A DNA stretch of 64,000 bases, taken from an uncultured Verrucomicrobiae bacterium. GTDB lineage: Bacteria; Verrucomicrobiota; Verrucomicrobiia; Chthoniobacterales; UBA10450. A model generated the notes under the pieces. The model was not told where the DNA came from. It worked only from the letters and a program-made list of their open reading frames with translations, and made no database searches. The position numbers and the translations under genes are program-made. Positions 40,906-51,274 of this stretch are shown here, piece after piece; the first letter of the stretch is position 1, and the number at the start of each line of letters is the position of its first letter. Where the stretch lies: NCBI GenBank assembly GCA_963756875.1, contig CAVWPA010000003.1, positions 1,408,001 through 1,472,000 on the forward strand, read 5' to 3'.

Positions 40906-41592
40906 ATGAGCATAACGCGCCTTTTGATAGCGGATGATCACCAGCTTGTCCGCGCCGGTGTTCGCTCCCTCCTGAAAGGAGATCGGACGGTCCAGGTCGT
41001 GGCCGAAGCCAGTGATGGGCGTGAAGCGCTGGAGCTGGTCAAGAAGCATAAGCCGGACGTTGTATTAATGGATATCGCCATGCCGCGACTGAACGGCTTC
41101 GAAGCTATTGCCTTAATTACCAAGCAATTTCCGCACACAAAGGTGATTGTGCTCTCGATGCACGCGAACGAGGAGTACGTCGTGCATGCGCTTCGCGCAG
41201 GAGCGTCCGGCTACCTTGTTAAGGACGCGGCGGTTGGTGAATTTGGGCGAGCGATTCGAGCGGTCATGAAGGGTGAGACGTTTTTTAGTCCCCAGGTTTC
41301 CAAACGGGCGATGCAGACTTACCTCACGCGTATCGACGCAAATCACGGAGGCGTCGCCGGGCTGACGCCTCGACAGCGCGAAGTCATGCAACTGATCGCG
41401 GAAGGTAATAACACAAAGGAAGTGGCTTTTCTTTTGAAATTGAGCGCCAAGACCGTCGAAGCGCATCGCATGCAAATCATGCACCGTCTGGGAATTAACG
41501 ACATTCCAAGCCTGGTGCGCCAGGCGATGCGTTCAGGGTTGGTGCCTTCAGAACCTGGCAAAGGTCAATCCCTGCCAAGGGGGCCGAAGTAG
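40906..41592 (+). CDS. NarL/FixJ-family response regulator
   Basis: IADDHQLVR, MDIAMP and a LuxR HTH (LTPRQREVMQLIAEG..KTVEAHR). Confidence 0.95.
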   Translation: MSITRLLIADDHQLVRAGVRSLLKGDRTVQVVAEASDGREALELVKKHKPDVVLMDIAMPRLNGFEAIALITKQFPHTKVIVLSMHANEEYVVHALRAGASGYLVKDAAVGEFGRAIRAVMKGETFFSPQVSKRAMQTYLTRIDANHGGVAGLTPRQREVMQLIAEGNNTKEVAFLLKLSAKTVEAHRMQIMHRLGINDIPSLVRQAMRSGLVPSEPGKGQSLPRGPK

Positions 41593-41943
41593 AGCTTTCC
41601 CCTAAGGTTCTTTCCGATAGGCAGAACATTTGATTCTCACTGCTGTGAAAATTCAGTGGGCCGGAGAATTGGGATCGTTGCACTCAGTAGTTCTACGCAA
41701 GGCGGTGTAAGGATTTTCCTTATTGCGCGCTAAAATGTTTTCCCGACATTTTTTTACGTAACGAAAAAGCTAAGACTAGAATCTCCCGAGCCGCGTGCCC
41801 GCCCCTCGATCGGAGGAGAGGGGCCAGTTCAACCATCGGGTCGCGACGGTTTTAACTCTTCAGACTTTGAACGAGCAGTTCAGGACTCGGAGCGCCAGTC
41901 GGTTATAGGCGGATCGAGATCAGAACATCAGCAACTGCAGCAT

Positions 41944-43806
41944 TTGCTCGCCCAAGTCCCGGCGGTTCTTTACGTTCTTAGAATAGAAGGGCAGAACGTC
42001 GTTCCAGTCCTGATAAGCGAAAATATTCAGCGTTTGCTTGGAGTCACCGTGGCGGAGTCGATAACGTATGAGTGGTGGTTGGATAATTTGCATCCGGAGG
42101 ATCGAGATCGGGCCGCGGGGGTGCTGACCAAAGCGCTAAAGGGCGGCGGCTATGCGATGGAATACCGGCTGCGACACAAGGATGGGAGTTATCATTGGGT
42201 ACAAGATAATAACCGCGTCGTGTGCGATGCGGGCGGCCAACCGCAACAAATGATCGGGGTGTGGACGGACATAACGGAACGAAAGCGAAATGAGGAACGC
42301 TTGCGTCAGCAAGCCGACATTATCGAGCGCGCGCAGGACGCCATTCTTGTGCGCGATTTCACCAGTGACCGCGTCGCGGTTTGGAACAGCGGTGCGGAGC
42401 GTCTCTACGGCTGGAGCGCGAGTGAAGCGATCGGCCGGCCGTTGGGTGAGCTGATTTACGACGAAGCAAACGACCGCCAGGTGCTGCTCGAAAAGTTGGT
42501 TTCGACCGGCGAATTCCGTGGTGAGATCAAGCATCGCGTCAAAGATGGACGGGAAGTGGTTGTCGATGCTCGCGTGACCCTCATTCGAAATGACGATGGC
42601 ACGCCGCTCTCGGTGCTCGAGATCAACACGGACATCACAGAGCAGAAAAAGTTAGAGAAGCATTTGCTGCGCACGCAACGCCTGGAAAGCATCGGAACGT
42701 TGGCCAGTGGGGTGGCCCACGATCTAAACAATGTCCTGGTGCCAATCTTGATGGCGGTGCCAATTCTGCGCAATGACCCGTCCCCGGAGGAAAGTGAAAA
42801 TTTTCTGAACACTATCGAATCGAGTGCGCAGCGCGGGGCAGATATCGTAAGGCAGGTACTCACTTTTGCCCGCGGCGCGGATGGCGACCGGGTCCTTTTG
42901 CAACCAATTTACCTCCTCGAAGAAATCGCGAAGATCGCGAAACAGACGTTTCCAAAGACACTGCAACTGCGAACGAGTTACGTGGAGGATCTGCGGCTGT
43001 TGGAGGGGGACCCAACGCAACTGCACCAGGTGTTGCTCAATCTGTGCCTCAACGCACGAGACGCCATGCCGGATGGGGGAACTCTGTCGCTGACGGCCGA
43101 AAATTTCGACGTAGACGAACAGTACGCCTCGATGAAGCCAGACCTTAAACCAGGTCCTCACGTCCTCATCAGCGTCATCGATACTGGCCCCGGAATTCCG
43201 CAGCATATTATCGACAAGATTTTTGATCCTTTCTTTACCACAAAAGGACCTGGTTTAGGCACTGGCCTCGGACTCTCCACGACGCTCGGCATTGTCAAGA
43301 GCCATGGTGGAGTCATCAGTGTTTATAGTGGCGCCGACGGCACGACGTTCCGTGTTTTCTTACCATCCGCGGCGGGCGTCTTCCAAGCTGACGAGACCAA
43401 GGCGCAAATGGAGGTTCCAACCGGTCACGGCGAAACCATCCTCATTGTGGATGACGAATCGGCAATTCGAGAGGTAGCAAAGGCCGTTCTTTCTAAAAGT
43501 GGGTATAAGGTTCTTGCGGCCAACGATGGCCCGTCCGCGCTCGCCCTTTTTGTGCGACAATCGAAAAAGATCGATGTGGTGCTGACCGACGTGGTCATGC
43601 CGATCATGAGTGGCTTGGTGCTGGCGCGAACGCTGCGCAAGATGGACGTCAAGGCAAAGGTCATTCTCTCCAGCGCACGGGATAGCGATTACAACCCGGG
43701 CGAGTTGACTGACATCGGAGTGCAGGGATGTCTGAACAAGCCTTATTCTCGAGAAACATTGCTGCGCGCGATTGATCGCGTGCTACACAAGGGCGAGGAG
43801 AAATAA
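41944..43806 (+). CDS. PAS-PAS hybrid histidine kinase (start uncertain; frame is open further upstream)
   Basis: GVAHDLNN, NARDAM, FFTTK..GTGLGL and a C-terminal receiver. Confidence 0.92.
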   Translation: MLAQVPAVLYVLRIEGQNVVPVLISENIQRLLGVTVAESITYEWWLDNLHPEDRDRAAGVLTKALKGGGYAMEYRLRHKDGSYHWVQDNNRVVCDAGGQPQQMIGVWTDITERKRNEERLRQQADIIERAQDAILVRDFTSDRVAVWNSGAERLYGWSASEAIGRPLGELIYDEANDRQVLLEKLVSTGEFRGEIKHRVKDGREVVVDARVTLIRNDDGTPLSVLEINTDITEQKKLEKHLLRTQRLESIGTLASGVAHDLNNVLVPILMAVPILRNDPSPEESENFLNTIESSAQRGADIVRQVLTFARGADGDRVLLQPIYLLEEIAKIAKQTFPKTLQLRTSYVEDLRLLEGDPTQLHQVLLNLCLNARDAMPDGGTLSLTAENFDVDEQYASMKPDLKPGPHVLISVIDTGPGIPQHIIDKIFDPFFTTKGPGLGTGLGLSTTLGIVKSHGGVISVYSGADGTTFRVFLPSAAGVFQADETKAQMEVPTGHGETILIVDDESAIREVAKAVLSKSGYKVLAANDGPSALALFVRQSKKIDVVLTDVVMPIMSGLVLARTLRKMDVKAKVILSSARDSDYNPGELTDIGVQGCLNKPYSRETLLRAIDRVLHKGEEK

Positions 43807-44460
43807 ATGCGTCCACTGAGAATCCTTGTCGCCGACGATCATGAAGTGATGCGGACCGGCGTGCGGGCATTGATCGAACGTGAGCCCGGATGGCAAGTCT
43901 GCGGCACTGCCACAAACGGCCGGGAAGCGGTCGAGACCGCCAAGAAACTAAAGCCGGAGGTGGTTGTTTTAGATATGACAATGCCGGAGCTGGACGGGCT
44001 GGAGGCTCTGCGCCAGATCAAGCGCGCCCTGCCAAATACAGAAGTGGTGATCTTTAGCGCCTACCACTCGGAGGAGGTTATCGAGCAGCTATTCGATGCC
44101 GGAGCGAAGAGCTACATCCAAAAATCTGATGCCGGTCGGCATCTGGTGGCGGCGATCAAATCACTGGTCGAACATAAGGCATTCTTCACGCCTGCAATTT
44201 CTCAGGTTCTTTTCGCAAAATTTCTCTCCTCTTCTTCAGGGAAAAAACAAAATGGGCAGGAACATACCGTAACCGACCGTGAAAGGGACGTAATACGTCT
44301 TCTTGCCGCGGGTAGCAGTAACAAGGAGGTGGCCCACTCCCTGGGCATCAGTATTCGCACGGCCGAAACCCACCGGGCGACAGTCATGCGCAAGCTCGGT
44401 CTGGATTCCCTGGCTACGCTGGTTCGCTACGCGATCCGGAATAACATCATCGACGCGTGA
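43807..44460 (+). CDS. NarL/FixJ-family response regulator
   Basis: VADDHEVMR, LDMTMP and HTH SNKEVAHSLGISIRTAETHR. Confidence 0.95.
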   Translation: MRPLRILVADDHEVMRTGVRALIEREPGWQVCGTATNGREAVETAKKLKPEVVVLDMTMPELDGLEALRQIKRALPNTEVVIFSAYHSEEVIEQLFDAGAKSYIQKSDAGRHLVAAIKSLVEHKAFFTPAISQVLFAKFLSSSSGKKQNGQEHTVTDRERDVIRLLAAGSSNKEVAHSLGISIRTAETHRATVMRKLGLDSLATLVRYAIRNNIIDA

Positions 44461-44576
44461 ATTAAATTCACGGGTGGCGTGTCAGGCCAACCATCGGGGT
44501 CCGCCCGATTAAAATTCGCTCGCGTTCTGATTGACGCCCTTTGAATTACGAAAAGCGGCTTCGTTAGGCCGTCGGT

Positions 44577-44613
44577 TGCGGATTTCACGAAGTAAAAATG
44601 CGTAGTTTCCGCG
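44577..44613 (+). promoter_or_regulatory. Tandem copy of the recurring cluster motif (AAAATGCGTAGTTTCCGC)
   Basis: Matches related sites at ~46906, 55840, 62796 and 63732. Confidence 0.6.
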
Positions 44614-44649
44614 ACGGCACGCTGCATACTCGTTGCTGGTATATGCGGA

Positions 44650-45178
44650 ATGAGCAAAACACGCGTGCTGGTTGTTGATGGCGACAGGCGCTTTACCCGC
44701 CTGGTCCGCGTGATCCTTGAGCAGGCGGGCACTTACGAGGTAATGATTGTCAGCCAGGCAACGCACGCCGCTAAAGCCGCATTGCAATTTCAACCGCATG
44801 TGATGCTGCTGAACGTGGACATTCCGGACGAAGCGGGCGCCGACATGGCACGCGCGACAGCCGCCAGTGGGCGCCTAAGAGATATTCCCGTCATATTTCT
44901 TACCCCTCGCATCCGCCGCCGGGGAAGCTGCTACCCAGCCGCCGGAAAGTCGCGTGATGAAACGTTTAGCCAGGCCGATCGAGCTCTGCCTGCTTCTCAC
45001 GCTCGTGGCCGACGTTGTTCCAATATCAACGGCCGTCTGGACGCGACACGGACGGTCCCGTGGTCGCCAGGCATGGAGAAAATGGAAAAGCCAATATTCG
45101 ATTTCCTGGTTCACGAAAAGGTTGCTCACGCGGGCCGGGGAGGATCGGGTCGATGAAAACGATTCTTATCGTCGATGA
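44650..45178 (+). CDS. Pseudo-receiver protein, apparent +1 frameshift at ~44905
   Basis: RVLVVDGD, LLNVDIP (Asp replaced by Asn), IPVIFLT. After removing one C at 44903-44906 it continues into LARPIEL (ORF 44954-45178). Confidence 0.6.
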
Positions 45179-46865
45179 TCGCGTGACCAATCGGCGGCTT
45201 CTCCTGGCGATGTTGATACATCTTGGCCACCGCCTGCTTGAGGCGGACACCGGCGCAAAAGCGCTCAAAATGGTCCGCAAAGAAAAACCCGATCTGATCA
45301 TTGCCGACATTCTCATGCCGAATATGCATGGCTACGATTTTGTGCGAAAATTGCGCTGTGATCGCAAGATCGCGCACACGGCGGTTGTTTTTTTTACGGC
45401 CCGTTACCTCGAAGAGGAATCGCGGAAGCTCGCCAAAGTGTGCGGCGTCCACCACCTCATCGTCAAACCGGTCAGGTGGGAAGAAGTCGACAAAATCGTC
45501 AATGAGGCGCTGGGCATGCGACCGCATGCCAGCCGTCCGCTTAGAGCGCGAGATTCAGCCCGCAGGCATCTGGAACTGATTACCGACAAGCTGGCTGACA
45601 AGGTTAGCGAGCTTGAGGAAGTCAATACAAGATTGGAAATCGAGATCGCGGAGCGTAAGCACGCGGTACAAGAGTTGCAGATTGCGCACGAAGCGGCTCA
45701 CTGCGCCAGAGAAGATGCGGAACGCGCCAATTCCGCCAAAGACCACTTCCTGGCCACTCTCTCCCATGAGTTGCGAACGCCGCTGACCCCGGTGCTCATG
45801 TCTGTCACGGATTTGGAGCACGCAAAGTCCATCGAGCCGGAGCTTCGCGCGCAACTCGGTATGATCCGGCGCAACGTCGAGCTCGAAGCCCACCTGATCG
45901 ACGACTTGCTCGATCTCAGCGGGATTGCTCACGGTAAGCTTCATCTGGTCCGCTCCGGACCGGTCGATGTTCATTCACTGCTCGCTCATACCGCGGAGAT
46001 TGTGGAAAGTGATGCGCGCCAGAAATCGGTCCATTTGGAGTTTGATTTGAAGGCGAGCGCACACCATGTCGACGGCGAAGCGGCCCGGCTTCACCAAGTC
46101 TTTTGGAACCTGATAAAAAATTCGATCAAGTTCACACCGGCGGGCGGGCGAGTTACGGTGCGCACCCTCAATCCGGCGCCGGGCCAATTTGTTCTGATAG
46201 TGGAGGACACGGGCGCAGGGATCACGACGCAAACACTTCCTATTATTTTTCGCGCTTTCGAGCAGGGAGAAACGCGGGGAGCGCAAGCCGCCGGAGGATT
46301 GGGGCTTGGCCTGGCTATTTCGCAAGCGATCATTGAGTTACACGGCGGAACTATTTCCGCTGAAAGCGCTGGATCCGGCCTTGGCTCCACCTTCACTGTC
46401 GCGCTGACCACCGTCTTGCCATTTCCTGGTGCTCAGGCATCGGAAGCCGAAAAGTCGCGGCAATCTCCATCAAGCTTCCTTCGTTTGCTCGTGGTCGAGG
46501 ATCACGAGCAGACGATGGAGGTAATGGCACGGCTTCTTCGTTCGCATGGTCATGACGTGCTTACCGCTCGCACGGTGAAGAGTGCGCTTGCCCTGGCCTC
46601 CGCTCATTCCTTTGACCTGGTCATCAGTGATCTCGGGCTTCCCGACGGCAGCGGCCTCGATCTAATGCGGGAATTGGCTAAGAAATATGGGCTGCGGGGG
46701 ATCGCTGTGAGCGGTTACGGCATGCCGGAAGATCGGGTCGACACGCAGCAAGCAGGTTTTCTGGCACATTTGGTCAAACCAATCAATTTCGATCGACTTC
46801 AGAGCGTCCTTCAACAAATCCCTCCAGCCATAGAGCCGAGAGCGATTTTGAAGGCCTCGGGATAG
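45153..46865 (+). CDS. REC-HisKA-HATPase-REC hybrid kinase
   Basis: MKTILIVDD, FLATLSHELRTPL, NLIKNSIKFT, GGLGLGL and a C-terminal receiver. Confidence 0.93.
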   Translation: MKTILIVDDRVTNRRLLLAMLIHLGHRLLEADTGAKALKMVRKEKPDLIIADILMPNMHGYDFVRKLRCDRKIAHTAVVFFTARYLEEESRKLAKVCGVHHLIVKPVRWEEVDKIVNEALGMRPHASRPLRARDSARRHLELITDKLADKVSELEEVNTRLEIEIAERKHAVQELQIAHEAAHCAREDAERANSAKDHFLATLSHELRTPLTPVLMSVTDLEHAKSIEPELRAQLGMIRRNVELEAHLIDDLLDLSGIAHGKLHLVRSGPVDVHSLLAHTAEIVESDARQKSVHLEFDLKASAHHVDGEAARLHQVFWNLIKNSIKFTPAGGRVTVRTLNPAPGQFVLIVEDTGAGITTQTLPIIFRAFEQGETRGAQAAGGLGLGLAISQAIIELHGGTISAESAGSGLGSTFTVALTTVLPFPGAQASEAEKSRQSPSSFLRLLVVEDHEQTMEVMARLLRSHGHDVLTARTVKSALALASAHSFDLVISDLGLPDGSGLDLMRELAKKYGLRGIAVSGYGMPEDRVDTQQAGFLAHLVKPINFDRLQSVLQQIPPAIEPRAILKASG

Positions 46866-46905
46866 TTCTCCGATAAAGGCCCGCTTCTGGTGAATTTTGC
46901 GCGCC

Positions 46906-46924
46906 AAAATACGTATTTCCCGCA
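46906..46924 (+). promoter_or_regulatory. Copy of the recurring cluster motif (AAAATACGTATTTCCCGCA)
   Basis: About 95 nt upstream of the 1418-aa kinase. Confidence 0.6.
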
Positions 46925-47017
46925 TCGGCCGGCTGCACGATCACTGCTCAAGTAATCGGAGCGAGGAACAGTGGACTCTTATGCGGGAAGGATTCACGCA
47001 CCCCGGCGAAAACACGC

Positions 47018-50000
47018 ATGCCCATCGCTTCCACTAATAGGAATCCATCGAAGAATCCCATTCGGGAGATCGGCCAGCAGAATTTGACCCTGAAGAAAGA
47101 TTGTGACGAGCGACTGGTCTACAACCTGGAGGAGAAGGATTCGGAACCGGAAATCGCGCGGGCGGAGTTGCTCCAGTTGCTGGCGCACACTCCAGCCGTG
47201 ATCTATCGGCTAAGAATAGATGAGGGAAGGGTGACTCCGGTAGTAGTTAGCGACAATATCGAGCGTCTGCTTGGAGTCAGTGCGGCGGAATCCTGCCGGC
47301 ACAAATGGTGGCTGGAGAGTTTGCACCCGGAAGACCGGGAGCGGGTCCTGGGCACTCTCGCTAAATCGCTGACCCGAGATGGCTATTCGATGGAATACCG
47401 TCTCCGTCACAAGGACGGCAGCTACCATTGGGTCGAAGACAATAATCGCATGATTCATGATGGCGCCGGAAATGCGACCGCGGCTGTCGGCGTATGGACG
47501 GACATCACCGAACGCAAACAGGCCGACGATCGACTCAAGGCGTCTCTAAAGGAAGTGAGTGATCTCAAGACGGCGCTGGATGAACACGCCATCGTAGCCA
47601 TCACCGACCCGGAGGGGAAAATCACCTACGTCAACGATAAGTTCTGCTCCATCTCCAAGTATTCACGGGAAGAGTTGCTCGGGCAGGATCATCGCATCAT
47701 CAACTCAGGCTTTCATTCCAAGGAGTTCATCCGCGACCTTTGGGTCACCATCAAGAGCGGCAAAGTTTGGGAAGGTGAATTCAAAAACAAAGCCAAGGAC
47801 GGTTCGTTTTACTGGGTGGACAGCACCATTGTCCCATTTCTCGACGAGCAAGGCAGACCACGTCAATACGTGGCCATCCGCACCGACATCACCGAGCGCA
47901 AGCGGGCGGAGGAGGAACTGAAATTCAAGAACGTCGTTCTGTCCGCACAACAGCAATCCTCGATTGATGCAATCCTCGTGGTTGATCAGGACGCCAAGAT
48001 CCTGTCGTTCAATCGTCGGTTTGTCGAGATGTGGGGAATCCCGTCGGAGTTGATCGAGAAGAAAGATGACAACCTCGTCCTGCAGTGGGTTGCGAACCAA
48101 CTGGCGGATTCCCCGTCGTTTCTCCAGCGCGTTCAATACCTCTACGAACACCGTCGGGAAATCGACCAGGAAGAAATCCTTCTCAAGGACGGCCGTATCT
48201 TTGACCGGTACTCGACGTCCATGTTTGGAACGGACGACCGATACTACGGTCGCATTTGGTATTTCCGCGACATCACCGAGCGCAAACGGGTCGAAGAACG
48301 GATCGAATGGCTCTCGCGGTTTCCGTCGGAAAACCCGAACCCGGTGCTGCGCGTGTCGGCCCAGGGCGTTCTGGAATACGCGAACGCGGCGGCGGACACC
48401 CTCCTCCCCACGCTGGGCGCCGAGGTTGGCGGCGCAGTCAACGCCGAATGGCAGGCGCGCATTGGCGAGACGCTTGCGAATGGGCGCCCGGTCAACATCG
48501 AGTTTCAAGTGGGAGATCGGACGTTCCGCGCAGTCCTGTCGCCCGTGGTCAACCGGGGCTACGTCAACCTGTATGCCGACGACATCACCGAGCGCAAGCA
48601 GGCGGAAGAGAAACTGCGCGCATCACAGCAGCTCATCCAGGGGATAATCGACGCGATCCCCGTGAGGGTATTCTGGAAGGACAAGAATCTCGTTTACCTG
48701 GGCTGTAACGCCGTATTCGCGCGCGATGCCGGATTTGCCGATCCCAAGGCCATCATCGGGAAAGACGATTATCAAATGGGGTGGCGTGATCTGGCGGAAT
48801 CGTATCGCAGCGATGACCGCCAGGTCATCGAAAGCGGTTGCCCCAAGCTTCTCATCGAAGAGCCCCTGACGACCTCCGATGGGAAGACCATCACGATTCT
48901 TACGAGCAAAATCCCTCTGCGCGATTCCAGCGGCGAGATCATCGGCGCGATCGGAACTTATATGGATGTTACCGAGCGCAAGCGGGCGGACGAGGCGATG
49001 CGCGCTTCGGAGATCCGGTATCGCCGGCTATTCGAGTCGGCCAAAGACGGCATTCTGATCCTCGACGCCGACACAGGGATGGTGGTGGATGTGAATCCCT
49101 ACCTGGTGGAGTTGTTGGGTTTTTCGCGCGAGGCATTTCTCGAAAAGAAGATCTGGGAGCTGGGATTCTTCAAGGACATCGTCGCCAACCAGGACAACTT
49201 CGCGGAACTGCGGCAACAAGAGTACATCCGCTACGAAGACAAGCCGCTGGAAACCGCCAACGGGAGTCGGATCGATGTTGAATTCGTTAGCAACGTCTAC
49301 CTGGTGAATGGCCGCGAGGTGGTCCAGTGCAACATCCGCAATATCATGGAACGCAAGGCGGCGGCGGAAGCGTCACGACGCCAGGAACGGCAGTATCAGC
49401 TCCTCTTCAATTCCCATCCCAGCCCCGCCTGGGTTTACGAGCCGGAGACGCTGGCATTTTTGGCGGTCAACGACGCGGCCGTGGCGCATTACGGCTACAC
49501 GCGCGAGGAATTCCTGGCCATGACGCTTTGTGACATTCGGCCGAAGGAAGACATCCCGGCGCTTCTCGAAGCGGATAAGACGCGCGCAGATGTAGCACAG
49601 GGCCGCGGTATCTGGCGGCACTGCAAAAAGAACGGCGAAACGATTCTGGCCGAGGTCTTCACCGCATCCACTCAATTTGAAGATCGAGTCGCCCGCCTGG
49701 CCTTTTGCATTGACGTCACGGAACGAAAGCGGGCTGAAGAAGAGCTGCGTGAACAGGCGGACATCATTAATCGGGCCCATGACGCGATTATTGTGCGCGA
49801 CTTTACAACCAGCCGCATTGTCTTTTGGAACGCAGGCGCAGAGCGCGCTTATGGCTGGAGTGCGCAGGAATCCATTGGCCGGTTGAGTGATGAATTCCTT
49901 TTTGCGGATCCAAAGGAATGGGAAGAGCACCTGAAAGCTCTCGTTTCAACCGGCGAATTTCGCGGCGAGCTAAAGCTAGTCAGAAAAAATGGTAAAAAAG

Positions 50001-51274
50001 TGACCGTGGATGCGCGGGTCACGATCATGCGTAACCCGGACAAAACTCCACGTTCCGTTCTTATTATTAGCACCGACATAACCGAGCAAAAGAGACTCCA
50101 GATGCAATTACTCCGGGCGCAGAGGCTCGAAAGCATCGGTACCCTGGCCAGCGGCGTGGCGCATGATCTGAACAACATTCTCACGCCGATTTTGATTTGC
50201 GCGCAGACTCTCCGCAATGGTCTGGACGGGGAAGATCGAGAATCGGCTCTCTCGCTCATTGAGGAAAGCGCTCAACGTGGCGCGAGCGTGGTGAAGCAAG
50301 TGCTTACATTTGCGCGAGGGGTCGAGGGCGAGCGCGTTTCGATCAAGCCCAGCCATCTCATTCACGAGATGGTCGATATCGCGCGGAAGACATTTCCAAA
50401 ATCGATCGAGATAACCAGCCGCTATCCGGAAGACCTTTGGTCGATCAAAGGCGATCCGACACAACTCCATCAAGTAATGCTCAATATCTCGGTCAATGCG
50501 CGCGATGCCATGCCGGCCGGGGGAAAGATCGCTTTCGCCTCGGACAATTTTGATGTCGATGAACATTACGCAACGATGTCTGCCGGGGCAACGCCCGGGC
50601 CTCACGTCATGCTGCGAATTACCGATACGGGCAGCGGCATGCCAAGAGAGACGATCGACAAAATATTCGACCCGTTTTTCACGACGAAGGAACCGGGCAA
50701 GGGGACCGGTCTGGGGCTGTCCACCGCGCTCGGGATCGTGAAGAGCCACGGCGGATTTGTTTCTGTTTACAGCGAAGTGGGCGAAGGCACGACCTTCAAG
50801 ATATTTTTGCCCGCAGAGGTGAGCGACGCAAGCTTGGTGTCGTCGAAAACGGGCGTTGCTCCCGCTGAGGGAAACGGAGAGCTGGTGCTGGTGGTTGATG
50901 ATGAGGAGAATATTCTCCGGGCGACTAAAACGGCCCTGGAACGGCACCACTATCGTGTTATCGCGGCGAACGATGGGGTGGAGGCGCTCGCGCTTTTCGC
51001 GCAACAGATGCAAGCGATCAGGGTCGTGCTCACGGACATCGCGATGCCTTACATGGATGGCGTGGCGTCAATTCGCGCGCTTAGAAAAATGAGATCCGAT
51101 GTCCCGATTATCGCGTTTACTGGAGACGCCGGACAAGCGCGTCTCAACGAGCTCCAGGCGATGAACGTCAATAGTTTTCTAACCAAGCCTTTCAACACAG
51201 AGAATTTACTCGCGGCTGTTCACACAGCGATCGGCACAACCAACAAAGTAGAAGCAGAAGTGAAAGCGACATGA
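47018..51274 (+). CDS. Large cytoplasmic hybrid histidine kinase with about 8 PAS/PAC modules
   Basis: Repeated DITERK-type junctions, GVAHDLNN, GKGTGLGL and a receiver domain. Confidence 0.95.
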   Translation: MPIASTNRNPSKNPIREIGQQNLTLKKDCDERLVYNLEEKDSEPEIARAELLQLLAHTPAVIYRLRIDEGRVTPVVVSDNIERLLGVSAAESCRHKWWLESLHPEDRERVLGTLAKSLTRDGYSMEYRLRHKDGSYHWVEDNNRMIHDGAGNATAAVGVWTDITERKQADDRLKASLKEVSDLKTALDEHAIVAITDPEGKITYVNDKFCSISKYSREELLGQDHRIINSGFHSKEFIRDLWVTIKSGKVWEGEFKNKAKDGSFYWVDSTIVPFLDEQGRPRQYVAIRTDITERKRAEEELKFKNVVLSAQQQSSIDAILVVDQDAKILSFNRRFVEMWGIPSELIEKKDDNLVLQWVANQLADSPSFLQRVQYLYEHRREIDQEEILLKDGRIFDRYSTSMFGTDDRYYGRIWYFRDITERKRVEERIEWLSRFPSENPNPVLRVSAQGVLEYANAAADTLLPTLGAEVGGAVNAEWQARIGETLANGRPVNIEFQVGDRTFRAVLSPVVNRGYVNLYADDITERKQAEEKLRASQQLIQGIIDAIPVRVFWKDKNLVYLGCNAVFARDAGFADPKAIIGKDDYQMGWRDLAESYRSDDRQVIESGCPKLLIEEPLTTSDGKTITILTSKIPLRDSSGEIIGAIGTYMDVTERKRADEAMRASEIRYRRLFESAKDGILILDADTGMVVDVNPYLVELLGFSREAFLEKKIWELGFFKDIVANQDNFAELRQQEYIRYEDKPLETANGSRIDVEFVSNVYLVNGREVVQCNIRNIMERKAAAEASRRQERQYQLLFNSHPSPAWVYEPETLAFLAVNDAAVAHYGYTREEFLAMTLCDIRPKEDIPALLEADKTRADVAQGRGIWRHCKKNGETILAEVFTASTQFEDRVARLAFCIDVTERKRAEEELREQADIINRAHDAIIVRDFTTSRIVFWNAGAERAYGWSAQESIGRLSDEFLFADPKEWEEHLKALVSTGEFRGELKLVRKNGKKVTVDARVTIMRNPDKTPRSVLIISTDITEQKRLQMQLLRAQRLESIGTLASGVAHDLNNILTPILICAQTLRNGLDGEDRESALSLIEESAQRGASVVKQVLTFARGVEGERVSIKPSHLIHEMVDIARKTFPKSIEITSRYPEDLWSIKGDPTQLHQVMLNISVNARDAMPAGGKIAFASDNFDVDEHYATMSAGATPGPHVMLRITDTGSGMPRETIDKIFDPFFTTKEPGKGTGLGLSTALGIVKSHGGFVSVYSEVGEGTTFKIFLPAEVSDASLVSSKTGVAPAEGNGELVLVVDDEENILRATKTALERHHYRVIAANDGVEALALFAQQMQAIRVVLTDIAMPYMDGVASIRALRKMRSDVPIIAFTGDAGQARLNELQAMNVNSFLTKPFNTENLLAAVHTAIGTTNKVEAEVKAT

